A stretch of DNA of 53,406 nt, filler included, from Catajapyx aquilonaris (taxonomy: Eukaryota): assembly GCA_000934665.2 (NCBI GenBank). It is 3 parts of 3 records of this genome, joined end to end, with 100 filler letters (N's around TTAATTAATTAA, not from the genome) between each part and the next. Parts side by side here need not be neighbours in the genome. Positions count along the whole stretch, not along the records: positions 35,657 to 53,406 come from JYFJ02006889.1; 2 more parts are not named here. One strand, 5' to 3'. Shown piece by piece: positions 50,610 to 53,406 of this stretch. Below the pieces are notes generated by a model that was not told where the DNA came from, did no database searches, and worked only from the letters and a program-made list of their open reading frames with translations. Within the stretch, counting starts at the first letter, position 1. Each line of letters begins with the position of its first letter. Both the position numbers and the translations under genes were made by a program.

Positions 50610-51088
50610 CAACCAAAGTAACTCTTCTTACCCTCCTGAATTTTGAAATTTTTTGGATTCTTTGGATTCCAATTCTGCTTGGCTTATAGTGTTGAGAAAA
50701 CATCACCTCCGCTGCTAATTTCCACGTTAGTAGGGTGAAAATACAGCCAAAAGGTGATGTTCCGAAGCCATAACACCTGCATCCGGTTGCGAGTCGCCGG
50801 TTGAAGGCGATCATAATAATGCAGAGCCTTGGAGTCCTGGCTCTCCATTATTATTATCGCCTTCGACTTAAAAGCGTGTGAGATGACCCTTCTCCTTCGC
50901 GGGACCGGCGACTCGCAACAGGATGCAGGTGTTGTGGCTTCGGAACATTCCATTTTGGCTGTATTTTCACCCTGCTGACGTGGAAATTAGCAGCGAAGGT
51001 GATGTTTTCTCAACACTACAGGCCAAGCAGAATTAGAAAATCCAAAAACTTTAAAAATTCAGGAGGGTCAGAAGAGTTACTTTGGTTG
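50610..51088. mobile_element. Fold-back element related to 27146-28258
   Basis: CAACCAAAGTAACTCTTCT...AGAAGAGTTACTTTGGTTG|TAA; the arms and internal blocks are shared with the longer copy. Confidence 0.85.
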
Positions 51089-52766
51089 TAAGATCACCCC
51101 CTGTTGAGACAAGACATAAACCAGTCGAACAATGCCTCCTCAGTCATTACTGCCCTTTGATGTTTGAAATGATTTGGAACAGATCAGATCAATTTCTTGT
51201 TAGATGTGTGACTTGAATATCCACAATTTACTGGTGTGCATATTGCAATGATGCTGTACCAGGGTGAAAAATGTTTTGAACTGCTGCTGGCAGCGATAGC
51301 CCTTCAGAAGTGCAGAGATTGAATTAGCAAATGTTATAATAAAAAAACACACACAAACACACCACAATTTTAACCTCATATTTAATATCTCTCAGGACTA
51401 CATGCACCAACACCCTTGACCACTGTCACATTACCTTTCATCCCAGATCCTTATTGTCGCAAATCAGAACAGTGACATTCTGCATAACTGTGCAAGGAGC
51501 TTCAATAAGGGCCATGGGCGGTACTAATGCTCCTTATGCATAGAGCATTTTATGTGACCTAGTTGGAAGTCAGTTAGATAATTGCATCACACACTCACCC
51601 AATTCCTTGTTTATGGATGGCTCTAAACCTGTTAATACCTTTGTGACACCAAATGAATACCTTCAAATGAATCGATCAGATCCACACTAATATTTTAGGC
51701 AATTGGATGGGTAAAGCCTTGACGTATGTTTCAAATAAATCCTGATGAATATAAAATCAGTTTTAAGTAGTGCCTTTTCTCTACTGGCTCCACCCACTGG
51801 CAGGTAAAAAAGGCATGCACTTATTCCAGTGATTTGAAAAGTTAATCTAGGTTTCCTTGAACAGGATATAGTACTCACATCCAACTCACCCTGTCCTCAT
51901 GGTGACCAAGGGTATAATAAGTACATTCCCTAAATCAGTTACATGAAGTTGACATGTACTGATTGTGAATGCTGGCAGCATTATTAGTTGATAATTAGTA
52001 TTCCCATTCTAGTTCCTCAGAGGGAACGCTTACATAGCGATCTTCCCATCATGCTTCTTCATATCACTTTGGGACCATGCTGTATTCATCACTTCATCAT
52101 TTTAACCTCTTCTGGGATCGTCTTCCAACCATTGCATTGTTTCATAAGGTGTGAAAAAAACCTGCCTACAAGAACTCATCTGCTGCAATATAATTTTCAG
52201 GCTTACTGTTAATCATTACATGTCCACAATTTTATTTTGTTTTGAATGTGTGCAATGTGCTTCATATAAATACTGGCATGGTCTGCCTTCTTACAGTATT
52301 CAGCAGTCGCACATGGACTTCCTACAAATGATATGACAGTAACATTACACATGTCCTGTGATTCTAACGTTATGATTTTATTTGCATGTTTGACCTTTCC
52401 AGGAAAATTCTGACGTTTTAGGACGACCATAATTTCAGTGCAATGTCAAGTGTTCTCTCATTCATAAAGTAATTATTGCCAAGGCACACTCATGGTTAAC
52501 TTTCTTGGAAGAGCTATTTATTTTGACTCTTTCACCTAGCAATGCTGACTGCTGTATGTAGCTGCACATTACATTTACAAGGATAAGTGAAGGAATCATT
52601 TCAGGAAATGCAACTGCAACAAACACTTCCACCCACATATCAAAATTTTACACATTTTTGGGTATTATTCAGTGATGTAAAGATAGACCATTCAATGCAG
52701 ATAATATGGTGTTTTCCATAAAGAATGAAAATCCTCGCACCTTACTACCAAAAATTCAGTGTTTAA

Positions 52767-53289
52767 CCCTTTGAGGCCTACGATCATCATATGATGATAT
52801 GCCGGTTTGTAAACTAGGCGCGCTCGAGTTTAGGCAGAAATGGCACCGTTTGAGGCTCAAACTGCTCCTACCACCTCGTGGAAGGGGCTCAACTACCGTG
52901 GCGTTATGCTAATCAGTTTTTCCGCCTCCCAGCGTTAACTAAAAAATACCCCCTCCTGCGATGGCAGAACAGGGTGTCCCATAAGTCTGGACTCTTTAAG
53001 GATTTCTAACAGTACAGTGTCTTAGTATTACTATGTAACCATAGTACACAATTTTATAGTGACTTTAAAAATTCAAATTAATTTAAGTTTAAAGTTAACT
53101 GCACTGTAACTTTTTTTCCGGAACACCCTGTACATGAATATTTTCGACATTTTACATCCAAAAGGACCAGCACGAGTTAAAATGATAAATATTGGCGCAA
53201 ATTGTTTTCCATTAATATCATTCAGACTACTACAAATTTTTTCAAGAAACAAAAAAAAAACGGCCCAAAAAAACCCCGCCGTCAAAGGG
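52767..53289. mobile_element. piggyBac-like MITE with a nested CAGGGTG MITE (52970-53130)
   Basis: TTAA|CCCTTTGA...TCAAAGGG|TTAA; inner CAGGGTGTCC...GGAACACCCTG|TA. Confidence 0.75.
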
Positions 53290-53406
53290 TTAACAATCAC
53301 ACATATCATAAATTTATAAAGCGAAAACAGAACTCCCAGATGTCCTCATTCTCCTGCTTTACCCACATGAAAGGCAACTAGATTCCCAAATATTGAGGCA
53401 CAGGCC

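Overview
Eukaryotic, almost certainly arthropod, DNA. It consists of three ~17.7-kb contigs (1-17676, 17777-35556, 35657-53406) joined by artificial 100-bp N/TTAATTAATTAA/N linkers, so no synteny should be assumed across them. Contig 1 holds a tandem gustatory receptor (7tm_7) array: two intact 4-exon genes, one frameshifted copy, a 3' relic, a 5' stub and an inverted chimeric pseudogene. An apparently damaged gene encoding an eIF2-alpha-kinase (PERK/PKR-like) domain followed by ankyrin repeats lies within the array; this is the most unusual coding feature. Contig 2 holds three exons of DNA polymerase kappa, preceded by a 7.3-kb degenerate fold-back packed with nested MITEs (hAT, piggyBac-like, Kolobok-like, PIF/Harbinger, Tc1/pogo) and tRNA-derived SINEs. 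Contig 3 has no recognisable protein gene. It contains a tRNA-Phe(GAA), a perfect 71-bp palindrome and more MITEs. All calls were made by eye; no database search was run.
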